From positions 653 to 64,652 of the forward strand of contig CAYLPS010000009.1 in NCBI GenBank assembly GCA_964385625.1: a stretch of DNA of 64,000 bases, read 5' to 3'. The notes under the pieces are model-generated. The model did not search any database. It was not told the origin of the DNA and worked only from the letters and a program-made list of their open reading frames with translations. The DNA is from an uncultured Anaerolineaceae bacterium. GTDB lineage: Bacteria > Chloroflexota > Anaerolineae > Anaerolineales > UBA4823. Each line of letters begins with the position of its first letter. Position 1 is the stretch's first letter. A program made the translations under genes and the position numbers. Below are positions 17,998-28,390 of the stretch, piece by piece.

Positions 17998-19068
17998 ATG
18001 GCAGTTAAGCCTCAACCCCGCATACAATGGGATTGGGGCAGCGCTTACGACTTGTTCGCCAGCCTGCACGTGCTGCATCACTCTGACAGGTTTGGCTTGC
18101 GCGGCTCATGGGCTGCTGGCGTGCGCTCGCGCCTGATGGTTGCTCAGCGCACCGTGCTGGAAGATGCCCAGAAGCTGTTCTTCACCAGTCCCATCGCCTG
18201 GGTCGCCAGCCTGCCAGAACCCAAGGATGCTGCCACCGTGTTGTGGGCTTTACAGCAGATCCCGCCGGCAGAGCGGTTACCAGCCCTGGCAGCTCACCGC
18301 GATGTTCCTGCCCAGCTGCTTGAAAGGCTTAAAAATGTGTCCACGCGAGAAGCCTGGAATCAAGATGACCTGAATGCATTGCAATCCTATGCTCAGGCGA
18401 ATGAAAGCCCGCTTTCCTCCGACGACCTGGTCAAACAGCTTACCTGGTGGGCGCACACGGCTGAATTTGGTGAAAGTTACCTGTCTGCCTTGCAGGCATA
18501 CGTAGCGGTGTTCTTCGCCGAAGAAGAGCGGCGCATCACCCCTCACCTGCAAGCGGCCCTTACCCAGGCGCAGGCCATGGCCTCCCGGCTGGATTTTTCG
18601 CACCTGATGGTAGAGCTCTCTCAGGGAGTGAAGATTGCTGCCCTTGAAGAAGCTGATGCGGTCACCTTTGCGCCATCTTATTGGTCCTCACCCCTGGTGA
18701 TGTACGACAGTATTATAGAAAAGAGTTGGGTGGTATTGTTTGGCGCGCGGCCATCAGAAGTGGGGCTGGTACCGGGTGGGGTGGTTCCAGATGCCATGCT
18801 GCGGGCGCTCAAGGCTCTATCCGATCCAACTCGTTTATTGATCCTGCATTACCTGGCTGATAGGCCTCAAACACCATCCCATCTGGCCCGCAGGCTGCGC
18901 TTGCGCCCTCCCACCGTCATCCACCACCTGAACACATTGCGCTTGGCCGGCCTGGTGTATATCTCCCTCGAAGAAGGAGAGGAAAAGTGCTACACCATCC
19001 GGGAATCAACCATTGGGGACACTTACACGGCATTGCGTAAATTTTTATCGATTGGCGGCGAGGAATAA
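17998..19068 (+). CDS. ArsR-family regulator with a long N-terminal domain and C-terminal winged HTH
   Basis: LKALSDPTRLLIL...PPTVIHHLNTLRLAGLV. Confidence 0.85.
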   Translation: MAVKPQPRIQWDWGSAYDLFASLHVLHHSDRFGLRGSWAAGVRSRLMVAQRTVLEDAQKLFFTSPIAWVASLPEPKDAATVLWALQQIPPAERLPALAAHRDVPAQLLERLKNVSTREAWNQDDLNALQSYAQANESPLSSDDLVKQLTWWAHTAEFGESYLSALQAYVAVFFAEEERRITPHLQAALTQAQAMASRLDFSHLMVELSQGVKIAALEEADAVTFAPSYWSSPLVMYDSIIEKSWVVLFGARPSEVGLVPGGVVPDAMLRALKALSDPTRLLILHYLADRPQTPSHLARRLRLRPPTVIHHLNTLRLAGLVYISLEEGEEKCYTIRESTIGDTYTALRKFLSIGGEE

Positions 19069-19071
19069 AGT

Positions 19072-20343
19072 ATGCTGGCCGGTCTCTACCGCAATATTAA
19101 AGATTATGGCGATCACCTGATGGCCTTTCGCCCCAATGCGCGCCTTTATTTGCTGTATGCCATTGTGGCCGGCATAGCCATCGGTGTGTTCCGCTTGCTG
19201 TTTAATTTTTACGTGCTCAGCCTGGGCTTTGACGAGAAATTGCTGGGCAATCTGGTTACCACTGGAAGCATGACCGCATTGATTGTGGCCTTGCCGATGG
19301 GCTACCTGGCAGATTTCCTGGGGCGAAAAAGGTCCCTGCTCATCGCGGCAACCTTTGTGTGCTTATCCATCGCCATGATGGTGCTTTGGCCTGTTTCGCC
19401 GGTACTGTATGCCATGAATGTCCTCTCCGGTGCGGCACAAAGCCTGGCGGGCATGACCATGAGCCCTTTTCTGATGGAAAACAGCGGCGAGCACGAGCGC
19501 ACCTACCTGTTCAGCTTCAGCATGGGCATTCAGATGGTTTCAGCATCGGTGGGCAACTGGATTGGTGGTTACCTGCCAACCTGGGTGGGAAACGTGCGCG
19601 ACGTCAGTGCGCTTAGCAGCCAGGCCTACGGAGGCTCGATTCTTTTGGTAGCCGTCACCTTGGCAATGGGGATTATCCCTCTGGTACTTATCAAAATGCC
19701 ACGCCGTGAACATTCAGAGCGCACTCTCTTTGCTCCTTTCGCCTATGCCGCGCAAAATCCAAAGAAACTCACCAAGCTCATACTGCCCATGCTCATCACC
19801 TCCATCGGCGCTGGCCTGATTATGCCGTTTATGAATGTATTCTTCCGCCAGCAATATAACCAGTCAGACCAGGTGATCGGGGTCCTGTTTGCCTGGGGCT
19901 CGCTGGCCATGGGCCTGGGCTTGCTGATCGCCCCACCTCTGGCCGACCGCTTGGGCAAGATCCAGCTGGTGGTCATCACACAGGGGCTTTCAATCCCATT
20001 CCTGATCCTGCTGGGTTTCTCACCTGTATTCTGGGCCAGCACGGCAGCTTATTACATCCGTGTGGCCTTGATGAATATGAGCAGCCCGGTGTATGAGACT
20101 TTCGTAATGGAGCGGGTGGAACCTTCCCACAGGGCAATGGTTGCCAGCCTGGAGAACATGGCTTGGAATTTCGGTTGGGCACTCAGCCCAACGGTAAGTG
20201 GCATTCTGCAGGTGCGTTATGGCTTTGGACCTCCCTTCATGGGCACCATTTTCCTGTATACCATCTCGGTGTTCCTGTATTGGTTCTTCTGGTGGCGCAG
20301 GCAGGAAGCCAGAGAGCCGGTGGCCTTTAAAACCGCCACCTAG
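19072..20343 (+). CDS. MFS transporter
   Basis: About 12 TM segments; motif A GYLADFLGRK and PLADRLGK. Confidence 0.9.
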   Translation: MLAGLYRNIKDYGDHLMAFRPNARLYLLYAIVAGIAIGVFRLLFNFYVLSLGFDEKLLGNLVTTGSMTALIVALPMGYLADFLGRKRSLLIAATFVCLSIAMMVLWPVSPVLYAMNVLSGAAQSLAGMTMSPFLMENSGEHERTYLFSFSMGIQMVSASVGNWIGGYLPTWVGNVRDVSALSSQAYGGSILLVAVTLAMGIIPLVLIKMPRREHSERTLFAPFAYAAQNPKKLTKLILPMLITSIGAGLIMPFMNVFFRQQYNQSDQVIGVLFAWGSLAMGLGLLIAPPLADRLGKIQLVVITQGLSIPFLILLGFSPVFWASTAAYYIRVALMNMSSPVYETFVMERVEPSHRAMVASLENMAWNFGWALSPTVSGILQVRYGFGPPFMGTIFLYTISVFLYWFFWWRRQEAREPVAFKTAT

Positions 20344-20528
20344 CCAGCTCCGTCGAATCCAGGTGCAGTAATAAACAGCTGATATAGAATATCATTCAGT
20401 TTCCCTCTGCTGTTTTGTGCTGGCAAAATAAAGTTAGTTTCCACTCAACAGTAACTTTCCTGGTTGTTTTGCATCCAAAGCAAAATATAGGTAAAGAAAA
20501 CAGTTTTAATGTTAAGGAGAGATTATCA

Positions 20529-20942
20529 ATGGAAATGATGGTAGATTTTCCGGGCGGCGATCGTGTTGACGCCCATTTTGGCCCTTACACCGTGATGACG
20601 GATCAACCCAATGGCAATGGTTTACCAGCCAGTGCGCCCACGCCGTTTTCATTGTTCCTGGCATCCATCGCCACTTGTGCTGGGATCTATGTGCTCGGTT
20701 TTTGCAAGCAACGCAACCTGCCTGCAGAGGGGATAAAAATCATGCAGCGCGATCACCGCAACCCGTTTACAGGGATGATCGAGAACGTGGAACTGGTGAT
20801 ACAAACTCCGTCCGATTTCCCCGAGAAGTACCTGCCCTCGCTGGTACGTTCGGCAGAGTTATGTGCGGTGAAAAAGCATCTTGAAAAACCGCCTGCCTTT
20901 AAAGTGGTGACACAATCCATGTCTGAGGTTACTGTCTCGTAG
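20529..20942 (+). CDS. OsmC-family protein
   Basis: TDQP...APTPFSLFLASIATCAG...CAVKKHL; AAGGAG RBS before ATG 20529. Confidence 0.88.
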   Translation: MEMMVDFPGGDRVDAHFGPYTVMTDQPNGNGLPASAPTPFSLFLASIATCAGIYVLGFCKQRNLPAEGIKIMQRDHRNPFTGMIENVELVIQTPSDFPEKYLPSLVRSAELCAVKKHLEKPPAFKVVTQSMSEVTVS

Positions 20943-20962
20943 GCAATAGATTTTTGCAGAAC

Positions 20963-20999
20963 AAACCCACCCTCTTGCTGATTATTGGGTGGGTTTTTT
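20963..20999. terminator. Terminator between convergent osmC and tRNA-Leu
   Basis: AAACCCACCC...GGGTGGGTTTTTT. Confidence 0.7.
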
Positions 21000-21007
21000 G
21001 TTGTATA

Positions 21008-21092
21008 TGGTGCCGAAGGTGGGAATCGAACCCACATTCCTTTCGGAACACGATTTTGAGTCGTGCGCGTCTGCCTATTCCGCCACTTCGGC
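21008..21092 (-). tRNA. tRNA-Leu(CAA)
   Basis: GCCGAAG acceptor stem, anticodon arm CACGA-CTCAAAA-TCGTG, long variable arm, GTTCGA, encoded CCA. Confidence 0.96.
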
Positions 21093-21253
21093 TGGCTGGT
21101 GAGGCAAATTATACCTGAAAGTGCCCTGAAAAGTTCCCGGAAAAGTAAATAAATCACGTTCCCATATCGCCTTACGGTGCAAAGGCGATGTATAATCACA
21201 CACGCAAAACATTACCTCGGCCGTTTTACTGTGCCTGGACTGGGAGATTCATC

Positions 21254-22318
21254 ATGAAGCTTGGCATAATCGGACTACCTCAATCGGGCAAGACCACCAT
21301 TTTCAATGCCCTCTCCCGTGGGCACCAGCCTGTCTCCACCAGCGGGGGTCGCTTTGATGTGCATACCGGGGTGGTGGATGTGCCCGACGAGCGTGTGGAC
21401 CGCCTATCTGAGCTGTTCAAGCCTAAAAAAACCATCTACGCCAAGGTGACATATGCGGATATTGCCGGTCTGGAAGGCAGCCAGAGCGCCATTTCAGGAC
21501 AGCTGCTCAATTTGCTCACCCAGATGGACGGCTTGTTGCACGTCGTGCGTTGTTTTGAGGACCCCAGTGTTCCACACCCCTCCGGAAGCGTGAACCCTCT
21601 ACGTGACATCGCCACCATGGACGCCGAGTTACTGCTTAACGACATGATTGCCGTAGAGCGCAAGCTGGAGCGATTGGCCGATGAGCGCAGGAAGGGCGGG
21701 GGGCGTGAGAAATCCGTGATCGAGCGTGAAGTGGTGCTTTTCGAGCGGTTTAAAGACAGCCTATCGCGCGAAGTCCCGCTGCGTGAGGTCGAGCTGACCT
21801 CAGAGGAGGAAAAAACGCTCTCCGGCTTTGGCTTCCTCACCCGCAAACCCATGCTGGTGTTGTTGAACCTTTCCGAGGGGCAAGAGCTGCCTCCCGTGGA
21901 ATATAATCACCCGCACTGTGACCTGGTGGCCCTGCAGGGCAAGCTGGAGATGGAAATCGTCCAGCTCGATCCAGCTGATGCCGCAGATTTCATGGCGGAA
22001 TATGGCATCACCGAGCAGGGATTAGCCCGGGTGATTCGGGTATCGTATGTTTTGTTGGGCCTGATCTCGTTTTTCACCGTGGGCGCCGATGAGGTGCGCG
22101 CCTGGACCCTGCCGCGTGGCTCTTCAGCTTATGCCGCCGCCGGCGAAATCCACACCGACCTGCAAAAAGGCTTCATCCGCGCCGAGGTGATCCCTTATGG
22201 CGAGCTGCTTGCCCTCGGAGGCCTCAAAGAAGCCAACGCCAAAGGCCGCCTGCGCCTTGAGGGCAAGGATTACACCGTACAAGATGGCGAGATCGTGCAC
22301 ATCCGGTTTAATGTTTAG
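21254..22318 (+). CDS. ychF: Redox-regulated ATPase YchF
   Basis: GLPQSGKTT, DIAGL, HVVRCFED, FFTVGADEVRAW, GFIRAEV, RLEGKDY..DGEI. Confidence 0.93.
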   Translation: MKLGIIGLPQSGKTTIFNALSRGHQPVSTSGGRFDVHTGVVDVPDERVDRLSELFKPKKTIYAKVTYADIAGLEGSQSAISGQLLNLLTQMDGLLHVVRCFEDPSVPHPSGSVNPLRDIATMDAELLLNDMIAVERKLERLADERRKGGGREKSVIEREVVLFERFKDSLSREVPLREVELTSEEEKTLSGFGFLTRKPMLVLLNLSEGQELPPVEYNHPHCDLVALQGKLEMEIVQLDPADAADFMAEYGITEQGLARVIRVSYVLLGLISFFTVGADEVRAWTLPRGSSAYAAAGEIHTDLQKGFIRAEVIPYGELLALGGLKEANAKGRLRLEGKDYTVQDGEIVHIRFNV

Positions 22319-22391
22319 CTGCGGGGAACCAGGCAGCATGTGAACAACATTCGATAGAGATATTAAAAATTTAGATATAACGGAGACCATC

Positions 22392-24164
22392 ATGACCTAT
22401 ACACAATCCCCATGGAGTTTGTCAGACCTTTTTCCAGCCTATGACAGCCCCGAGATGAAAGCCGGCTTTGATGAGCTGGATGTGAAGGTTGTCGAGTTCG
22501 AAGCCTTGCGACCGCGCCTTGCTCCAAACCTCGCCGAGGACACCTTTATGAATCTGATCACCCGGCTGGAGGCAATATCCCGCCTGGAGCGACGCATCTA
22601 TGACTTCGCCTCGCTCAGCTTTGAAGCCGACACCCAGGACCAGGCCATCCAGGCCTTCAAGTCAGACGTTGAAAACCGCATCTCGCTCATTGAAAACCGC
22701 CTCTTGTTTTTTAACCTGTGGTGGAAAGACCTGGACGGTAGTACTGCCGAACGCTTAATGGCCGGCTCGGGTGATTATCGCTACTGGCTGGAAGAGATGC
22801 GCCACTTCAAGCCCCACACCCTCACCGAACCCGAGGAGAAAATCATCAACATCAAGGATGTCACTGGCGGGCGAGCCATCCTCAACCTGTATAGCACCCT
22901 TACCAACCGCTATGTCTTTCACCTGGAGGTGGATGGGGAGCTCAAAGAGCTCACCCGGGGAGAATTGATGGTGTACGCCCGCAGTCACGACCCGCAACTG
23001 CGCGCTGCCGCCTACCAGGAGCTCTACCGGGTGTATGGGATGGATGGCATCATCCTTGGACAGATGTACCAGACCCTGGTTCGGGATTGGCACAACGAAA
23101 ACGTCGACCTGCGCCATTTCACCAGTCCCTTGGCTGTGCGCAACCTGGCCAACGACATCCCAGATGACGTTGTCGACACCCTGTTGGAGGTCTGCCGGGC
23201 CAATAGCTCCGTCTTCCAGCGCTTCTTCCGGCTAAAAGCGCGCTGGCTGGGCGTGGAGCACCTGCGTCGCTATGACATTTACGCACCGGTGGTGAAAACG
23301 GAGAGAAAATACACCTTCGAGCAGGCCGCCAGCATGATATTCGATGCCTTCCATAGCTTTGAACCCCGTATAGAACAATTGGCACGCCGGGTGCTAGAGC
23401 AAGATCACCTGGATAGCCAGGTCCGGCGTGGAAAATCAAGCGGTGCTTTCTGCGCTACTGTAGCTCCTAATATCACGCCTTGGGTACTGGTGAGTTACCA
23501 GGGCAGGCCGGATGACGTGGCTACCCTAGCTCATGAGCTGGGTCACGCCATCCACTCGCAATTGGCTGCTGAGCACAACCTGTTTACCTTCCATTCCTCG
23601 CTGCCGCTGGCTGAAACAGCTTCCACCTTTGGAGAGATGATGCTGGTGGATCACCTGCTAGAAACGGACCAGGATGCCACAGTTCGCCAGTCGCTCCTCT
23701 TCCGCCAGGTGGATGATGCCTACGCCACTGTCATGAGGCAGGCCTACTTTGCCATCTTTGAGCGCCAGGCGCACGATATGGTTCAGCATGGGGCCACCGT
23801 GGATGAGCTTTCGGCTGCATACCTCGAAAACTTGCGCCAGCAGTTTGGTGATGCAGTGGAGGTCAGCGATGAGTTCCGCTGGGAATGGGTATCCATCCCC
23901 CACATCTTCAATACCCCGTTTTATGTGTACGCCTATACCTTCGGGCAGCTGCTGGTTCTGTCTTTATACCAGCAATATAAAGTTGAAGGGGATGCCTTCA
24001 AGCCTCGTTACCTCAACCTGCTTTCAGCGGGTGGCTCAAAGCCGCCTGAGAAAATCCTATCTGATGCCGGCATCGATATGCACAGCGCCGCCTTCTGGCA
24101 GGGCGGATTCGATGTGATTAAGCGGCTGGTCGAGCAGCTGGAAAAACTCCCCATCGTGAGGTAA
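22392..24164 (+). CDS. pepF: M3B oligoendopeptidase F
   Basis: W.L.DLF, GKSSGAF, TLAHELGHAIH, AETAS, FYVYAY. Confidence 0.92.
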   Translation: MTYTQSPWSLSDLFPAYDSPEMKAGFDELDVKVVEFEALRPRLAPNLAEDTFMNLITRLEAISRLERRIYDFASLSFEADTQDQAIQAFKSDVENRISLIENRLLFFNLWWKDLDGSTAERLMAGSGDYRYWLEEMRHFKPHTLTEPEEKIINIKDVTGGRAILNLYSTLTNRYVFHLEVDGELKELTRGELMVYARSHDPQLRAAAYQELYRVYGMDGIILGQMYQTLVRDWHNENVDLRHFTSPLAVRNLANDIPDDVVDTLLEVCRANSSVFQRFFRLKARWLGVEHLRRYDIYAPVVKTERKYTFEQAASMIFDAFHSFEPRIEQLARRVLEQDHLDSQVRRGKSSGAFCATVAPNITPWVLVSYQGRPDDVATLAHELGHAIHSQLAAEHNLFTFHSSLPLAETASTFGEMMLVDHLLETDQDATVRQSLLFRQVDDAYATVMRQAYFAIFERQAHDMVQHGATVDELSAAYLENLRQQFGDAVEVSDEFRWEWVSIPHIFNTPFYVYAYTFGQLLVLSLYQQYKVEGDAFKPRYLNLLSAGGSKPPEKILSDAGIDMHSAAFWQGGFDVIKRLVEQLEKLPIVR

Positions 24165-24209
24165 AAACAGGGATTTGGAGCGCAGTAGAAACCCTCCAAA
24201 TCCCTGTTT
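24165..24209. terminator. Bidirectional terminator between pepF and ssb
   Basis: 16-bp perfect stem AAACAGGGATTTGGAG/CTCCAAATCCCTGTTT. Confidence 0.8.
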
Positions 24210-24233
24210 GGTTTATTGCTGAGCAAGCCAAGT

Positions 24234-24611
24234 TTAATCTTCTTCGGTGGGTTCCTCTGCCTCCACGGAAGGTAGTTCCTCCGCCTTGCGGTCTAGCATT
24301 TGCATCTGCGTGGCTACCACTTTAGTGACGTAACGAGTTTCGCCCTCATGCTCATATCGATCTGTGCGCAGTTGGCCCTCCAAAAAAACCAGTCGGCCTT
24401 TATGCAGATATTTCTTGCATATCTCACCCAGGCGACCCCATGCCTCAACTTTGAACCAATCGGTCCCTTCCTTATCTTCTCCGCTGCTGGTTTTCCAGCG
24501 GTGGCTGACCGCCAGGCTGAAGCTGCATACTTGCTTGCCGCTTGGTGTGAAGCGCACTTCGGGGTCCTTTCCGAGGTTGCCGATTAATTGGATGCGATTA
24601 AGAGATGGCAT
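24234..24611 (-). CDS. ssb: Single-stranded DNA-binding protein (short tail)
   Basis: LNRIQLIGNLGKDPEVRFT, TDWF, LHKGRLVFLEG. Confidence 0.92.
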   Translation of the reverse strand: MPSLNRIQLIGNLGKDPEVRFTPSGKQVCSFSLAVSHRWKTSSGEDKEGTDWFKVEAWGRLGEICKKYLHKGRLVFLEGQLRTDRYEHEGETRYVTKVVATQMQMLDRKAEELPSVEAEEPTEED

Positions 24612-24673
24612 TCTACCTCCAAAGAGTCGATTGATGACCTTACCTCTCAGGTTGAGGGGCTACGATGATTTGC

Positions 24674-25078
24674 TTAGTAATTAATCAATCTGGGCAGCTT
24701 TTTCGCTTGCTCGATCCAATTTGCAATCTGTGATTCTGCCGGCAGCTTGCGCACCAGCTTTTTCTCCTGGTTCACCTCGATAATTTTCTGTGCCAAATTG
24801 GCTGCCTTACGCTGTGCCAGCTCGGGTACGGTGTCCACTCCGGCAGCCTCCAGCAGGTCGGAATATTCAGACCCTACACCCTTGATGCGGTAGAGATCAA
24901 CATGGTTGACCCATTCGAGGATCAATGAATCCCCAATGCCTGTTTTTTCTGCCAGCTCTTTGCGCTCCTTGGGGGTCGCCCCAGCTTTTAGCAGGGCATC
25001 GGTCGTGTTTATTCCCGCCCTGATGAGCTTGTCAGCATATTTGACACCGATTCCTTCCACATCAACAATTTTAGCCAT
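24674..25078 (-). CDS. DUF4332 helix-hairpin-helix protein
   Basis: VEGIG, RIKGVGSEYSDLLEAAGVDTVPELAQR. Confidence 0.85.
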   Translation of the reverse strand: MAKIVDVEGIGVKYADKLIRAGINTTDALLKAGATPKERKELAEKTGIGDSLILEWVNHVDLYRIKGVGSEYSDLLEAAGVDTVPELAQRKAANLAQKIIEVNQEKKLVRKLPAESQIANWIEQAKKLPRLINY

Positions 25079-25098
25079 CGCCTTCTCCTTTTTTTGGG

Positions 25099-25305
25099 TT
25101 ATTTTTTCTTTCCGCCTAACAGGCCTCCCAGGCTTGAGGTAAGGTCTCCGGGGAGCTTTCCGCCCTCTAGCAAATTATCCAGCTGGCCTGCAATCGTTGG
25201 CGGTAGTTTTTGCTTGAGGAATTTGACCACCGTGTCAACCGCAACCTTGGCTTTATCTTGTGGCAACCCAGTCTTTTGAGATACCAATTTTATTAATTCT
25301 TCCAT
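25099..25305 (-). CDS. Small conserved hypothetical protein
   Basis: AAGGAG RBS; MEELIKLVSQKTGLPQDKAK...GGLLGGKKK. Confidence 0.75.
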   Translation of the reverse strand: MEELIKLVSQKTGLPQDKAKVAVDTVVKFLKQKLPPTIAGQLDNLLEGGKLPGDLTSSLGGLLGGKKK

Positions 25306-25450
25306 TTATTCACTTCTCCTTTATTCCACCCATATAAATTCAAGTTAAGTGGTTGTTGCTATAATTATAATCTCGATTGCGAATAAAACACGCCTAAAGG
25401 GAGTGATTTCTGTTGGGTATTTATTGAGCTTATCATTATTCCGCGTCGGC

Positions 25451-26995
25451 TCACTCCCATTCGATGGTTGCGGGTGGTTTGCTGGTGATATCGTAGACTA
25501 CCCGGTTGACGCCGTCGACTTCATTGACAATCCGGTTGGCCACGCCGGCCAGCAGGTCATAGGGCAGGCGTGCCCAATCTGCGGTCATGAAATCATCCGT
25601 GGTCACTGCTCGCAATGCGATGGTCTCCTGGTAGGTGCGGCTGTCTCCCATGACACCCACCGAGCGCACTGGCAGAAGCACGGCAAACGCCTGGGCGGTG
25701 CCTTCCTCCTCGATCATACGCAGGTATCCGGCAGCCTCCAGCTCGGAGGTGAATATATAATCTGCCTGGCGCAAGCGTAGAATGCGTTCGGAAGTCACCT
25801 CTCCCAGGCAGCGTACCGCCAGGCCTGGCCCTGGGAAAGGCTGCCTCCAGACCAATTCGTGCGGCAGGCCCAGCGTCTCCCCCACCTGGCGCACCTCATC
25901 CTTGAACAGGTAACGCAGCGGTTCCACCAGCTCAAAACCTATTTGTTCGGGCAAGCCGCCCACGTTATGGTGGCTCTTGATCCGCGCCGCCTGTGAGCGG
26001 TCAGGGCCGCTCGACTCGACCACATCCGGGTAGATGGTACCTTGCACCAGGTAGCGCGGTGCCCCCAGCTGCCAGGCTTGCTCTTCAAAAATGCGGATGA
26101 ATTTTTCACCGATGATGCCCCTTTTTTGTTCCGGGTCAGTCACTCCCTGCAGGGCGTGGAGAAATTCATCTGCAGCATCCACCGCCACCAGCTCCACACC
26201 CAGCGTATCGTGAAAAACTTTCACCACCCTGGCGGCTTCTCCCAGTCGCAATAACCCATTATCCACGAAAACCGCCACGAGCTGTTCCCCAACTGCATGG
26301 TGCACCAGGCTAGCTGCCACACTCGAATCGACCCCGCCACTCACTGCCGCTAAAACCCGAGCTTCGCCCACCTGGGCTTGGATGCTGCGGGTTGCCTTCA
26401 GGATCATGGATTCGGGTGTCCACTCGGGGGCTGCCTGGCAGATCTCGCGCGCAAACCGCTGGAGTATTTCCGTTCCGCCCTGCGTATGGCGCACTTCCGG
26501 GTGGAACTGCACGCCATAATAACCTTTCTCAATATCCCCAATGGCCGCATAGGGAGAGTTGGCACTTTGCGCCAGAGTAACGAAACCATCCGGAGGGCGC
26601 TCGATCCGATCTCCGTGTGACATCCATACCTTCCGTTTGCCCTCCCCCAGCAGAGGGTTGGCCAGCACGGTATCCACCTCCGCCAGCCCGTACTCGCGCT
26701 TCGCCGATGGGCTGACGATTCCTCCCAGGGAATGGGTAAGCGCTTGCATCCCGTAACAAATACCCAGTACTGGCTTGTGACTTTCCAGCACATACGCCGG
26801 GATCAAGGGTGCCCCGGGGTCATAAACTGAAGCCGGCCCGCCGGAGAGGATAAATCCCTTCGGGTTTATTGCCAGCACTTTTTCTTCAGCTGCATTCCAT
26901 GGGAATAGCTCGCAATAAACGTGAGCTTCGCGCACCCGTCGAGTGATGAGCTGGGCGTATTGAGAACCGAAATCCAGGATTGCCAGGCTGTCCAT
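25451..26995 (-). CDS. guaA: GMP synthase (glutamine-hydrolysing)
   Basis: [43 protein letters not shown]. Confidence 0.97.
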   Translation of the reverse strand: MDSLAILDFGSQYAQLITRRVREAHVYCELFPWNAAEEKVLAINPKGFILSGGPASVYDPGAPLIPAYVLESHKPVLGICYGMQALTHSLGGIVSPSAKREYGLAEVDTVLANPLLGEGKRKVWMSHGDRIERPPDGFVTLAQSANSPYAAIGDIEKGYYGVQFHPEVRHTQGGTEILQRFAREICQAAPEWTPESMILKATRSIQAQVGEARVLAAVSGGVDSSVAASLVHHAVGEQLVAVFVDNGLLRLGEAARVVKVFHDTLGVELVAVDAADEFLHALQGVTDPEQKRGIIGEKFIRIFEEQAWQLGAPRYLVQGTIYPDVVESSGPDRSQAARIKSHHNVGGLPEQIGFELVEPLRYLFKDEVRQVGETLGLPHELVWRQPFPGPGLAVRCLGEVTSERILRLRQADYIFTSELEAAGYLRMIEEEGTAQAFAVLLPVRSVGVMGDSRTYQETIALRAVTTDDFMTADWARLPYDLLAGVANRIVNEVDGVNRVVYDITSKPPATIEWE

Positions 26996-27576
26996 TAACC
27001 CTCATCCTGGGCAAAGATGATCTGGTCACCTTTCATGGAGACGATTTTTACCAGTGATTCGATGGGTATCCCCAGGCAGGATAACGCTTCCCGGCCTCCC
27101 TCGAACGTTTTTTCAATTAGCGTGCCGATGCCCACCACCGTTGAGCCGGCAGTTTGCGCCAGGCGTACCAGGCCCAGGATGGTTGCCCCGCTGGCCAGGA
27201 AGTCATCGATGATCAGCACCCGCTCTCCCTCGGCCAGGTATTCGGGTGAGATGATCAGCTCGATCATGCCCCCCTTGGTATGGGAGGGACTCAGGGTGAG
27301 AAATACCTGGTCGGGCATGGTGATGGGTTTGTGTTTGCGGGCGTAAACGATGGGTAGTTGCAGGTGTAAGGCAGTCAGTACAGCTGGAGCGATGCCGGAT
27401 ATCTCAGCGGTAAGCACCTTGGTCGCTCTGATGTCTTCGAAGCGCCGCGCCAGCTCTCGCCCGCAGGCATCCATCAGCAGCACATCCACTTGATGGTTGA
27501 TGAACCCATCCACTTTGAGGATTCCATTCCCCAGGTTTTTCCCGTCCCTTGATATCCTATCTCGCAGGTCAAGCAT
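26995..27576 (-). CDS. xpt: Xanthine phosphoribosyltransferase
   Basis: [33 protein letters not shown]. Confidence 0.92.
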   Translation of the reverse strand: MLDLRDRISRDGKNLGNGILKVDGFINHQVDVLLMDACGRELARRFEDIRATKVLTAEISGIAPAVLTALHLQLPIVYARKHKPITMPDQVFLTLSPSHTKGGMIELIISPEYLAEGERVLIIDDFLASGATILGLVRLAQTAGSTVVGIGTLIEKTFEGGREALSCLGIPIESLVKIVSMKGDQIIFAQDEG

Positions 27577-27653
27577 GATTCTCTCCCGGTTGCATTAGTC
27601 TGGTCGCTGCGCTCATTTTACAACCCCTTCGTGGAAAGAACCAGAGTGAGATT

Positions 27654-28355
27654 GTGTTAGAATCACCGGATATGGTTCCCCAGGGCAGTATGATACAGCT
27701 TTACCTTGCCAGTAACTCCCCCAGGCGCAGGGAGTTGCTTTCCATGGCCGGGTTCGGGTTTGAGCCCCTTGCCGTACAAGTGGATGAAACCCCTCTTCAG
27801 GGTGAGCAGGGTGTGGATTATGTAAAGCGCATCGCCGGCCACAAGGCGCTGGCTGCCAGCAAGCTGCCGGGGATTGAGGGTGTCGTTATTTCCGCTGATA
27901 CCGCAGTCGTCGGGTTTGGCAGGGAGGGTGCGCTCGAGATATTCGGCAAGCCAAAAGACAGCGCTGAAGCAGTTCAGATGCTTCAACGCTTGCGCGGGCG
28001 AACCCACCAGGTGCTCACTGCCATTAATACATTTATTACCCGGGATGGCACCAGCTGGCTTGATTTGTGTACCACCCAGGTACCCATGCGTGATTACTCT
28101 GATGCCGAAATCGATGCCTATGTTGCCAGCGGTGACCCCATGGACAAGGCTGGTGCCTATGCCATACAGCACACCGGCTTCCACCCGGTGAAGCACCTGC
28201 AGGGTTGTTATGCCAACGTGATGGGCCTGCCGATATGCCACCTCACCCGTCGTTTGAGCCGGTTTGGTATCTCCTCCCGGGTGGATGTGCCTCAGGCCTG
28301 CCAGGCTGCTCTTGGGTATAATTGTCCTGTTTATTCGGATATTTTAAAGTCATAG
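27654..28355 (+). CDS. maf: Maf-family NTP pyrophosphatase (start may be ATG 27690)
   Basis: LASNSPRRRELL, ADT, GKP, DKAGAYAIQ, NVMGLP. Confidence 0.92.
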   Translation: MLESPDMVPQGSMIQLYLASNSPRRRELLSMAGFGFEPLAVQVDETPLQGEQGVDYVKRIAGHKALAASKLPGIEGVVISADTAVVGFGREGALEIFGKPKDSAEAVQMLQRLRGRTHQVLTAINTFITRDGTSWLDLCTTQVPMRDYSDAEIDAYVASGDPMDKAGAYAIQHTGFHPVKHLQGCYANVMGLPICHLTRRLSRFGISSRVDVPQACQAALGYNCPVYSDILKS

Positions 28356-28390
28356 CCCAAACCCCTTCCATTTCTGTCCTTGACAAGCTT

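Noticed and set aside
22350-22380. TTCGAT/TTAGAT half-sites upstream of pepF resembling the ArsR operator
   Set aside because: No complete TTAGA-N6-TCTAA palindrome.
27577-27690. Purine riboswitch expected upstream of xpt-guaA
   Set aside because: The leader is short, with no purine-aptamer core or terminator visible.
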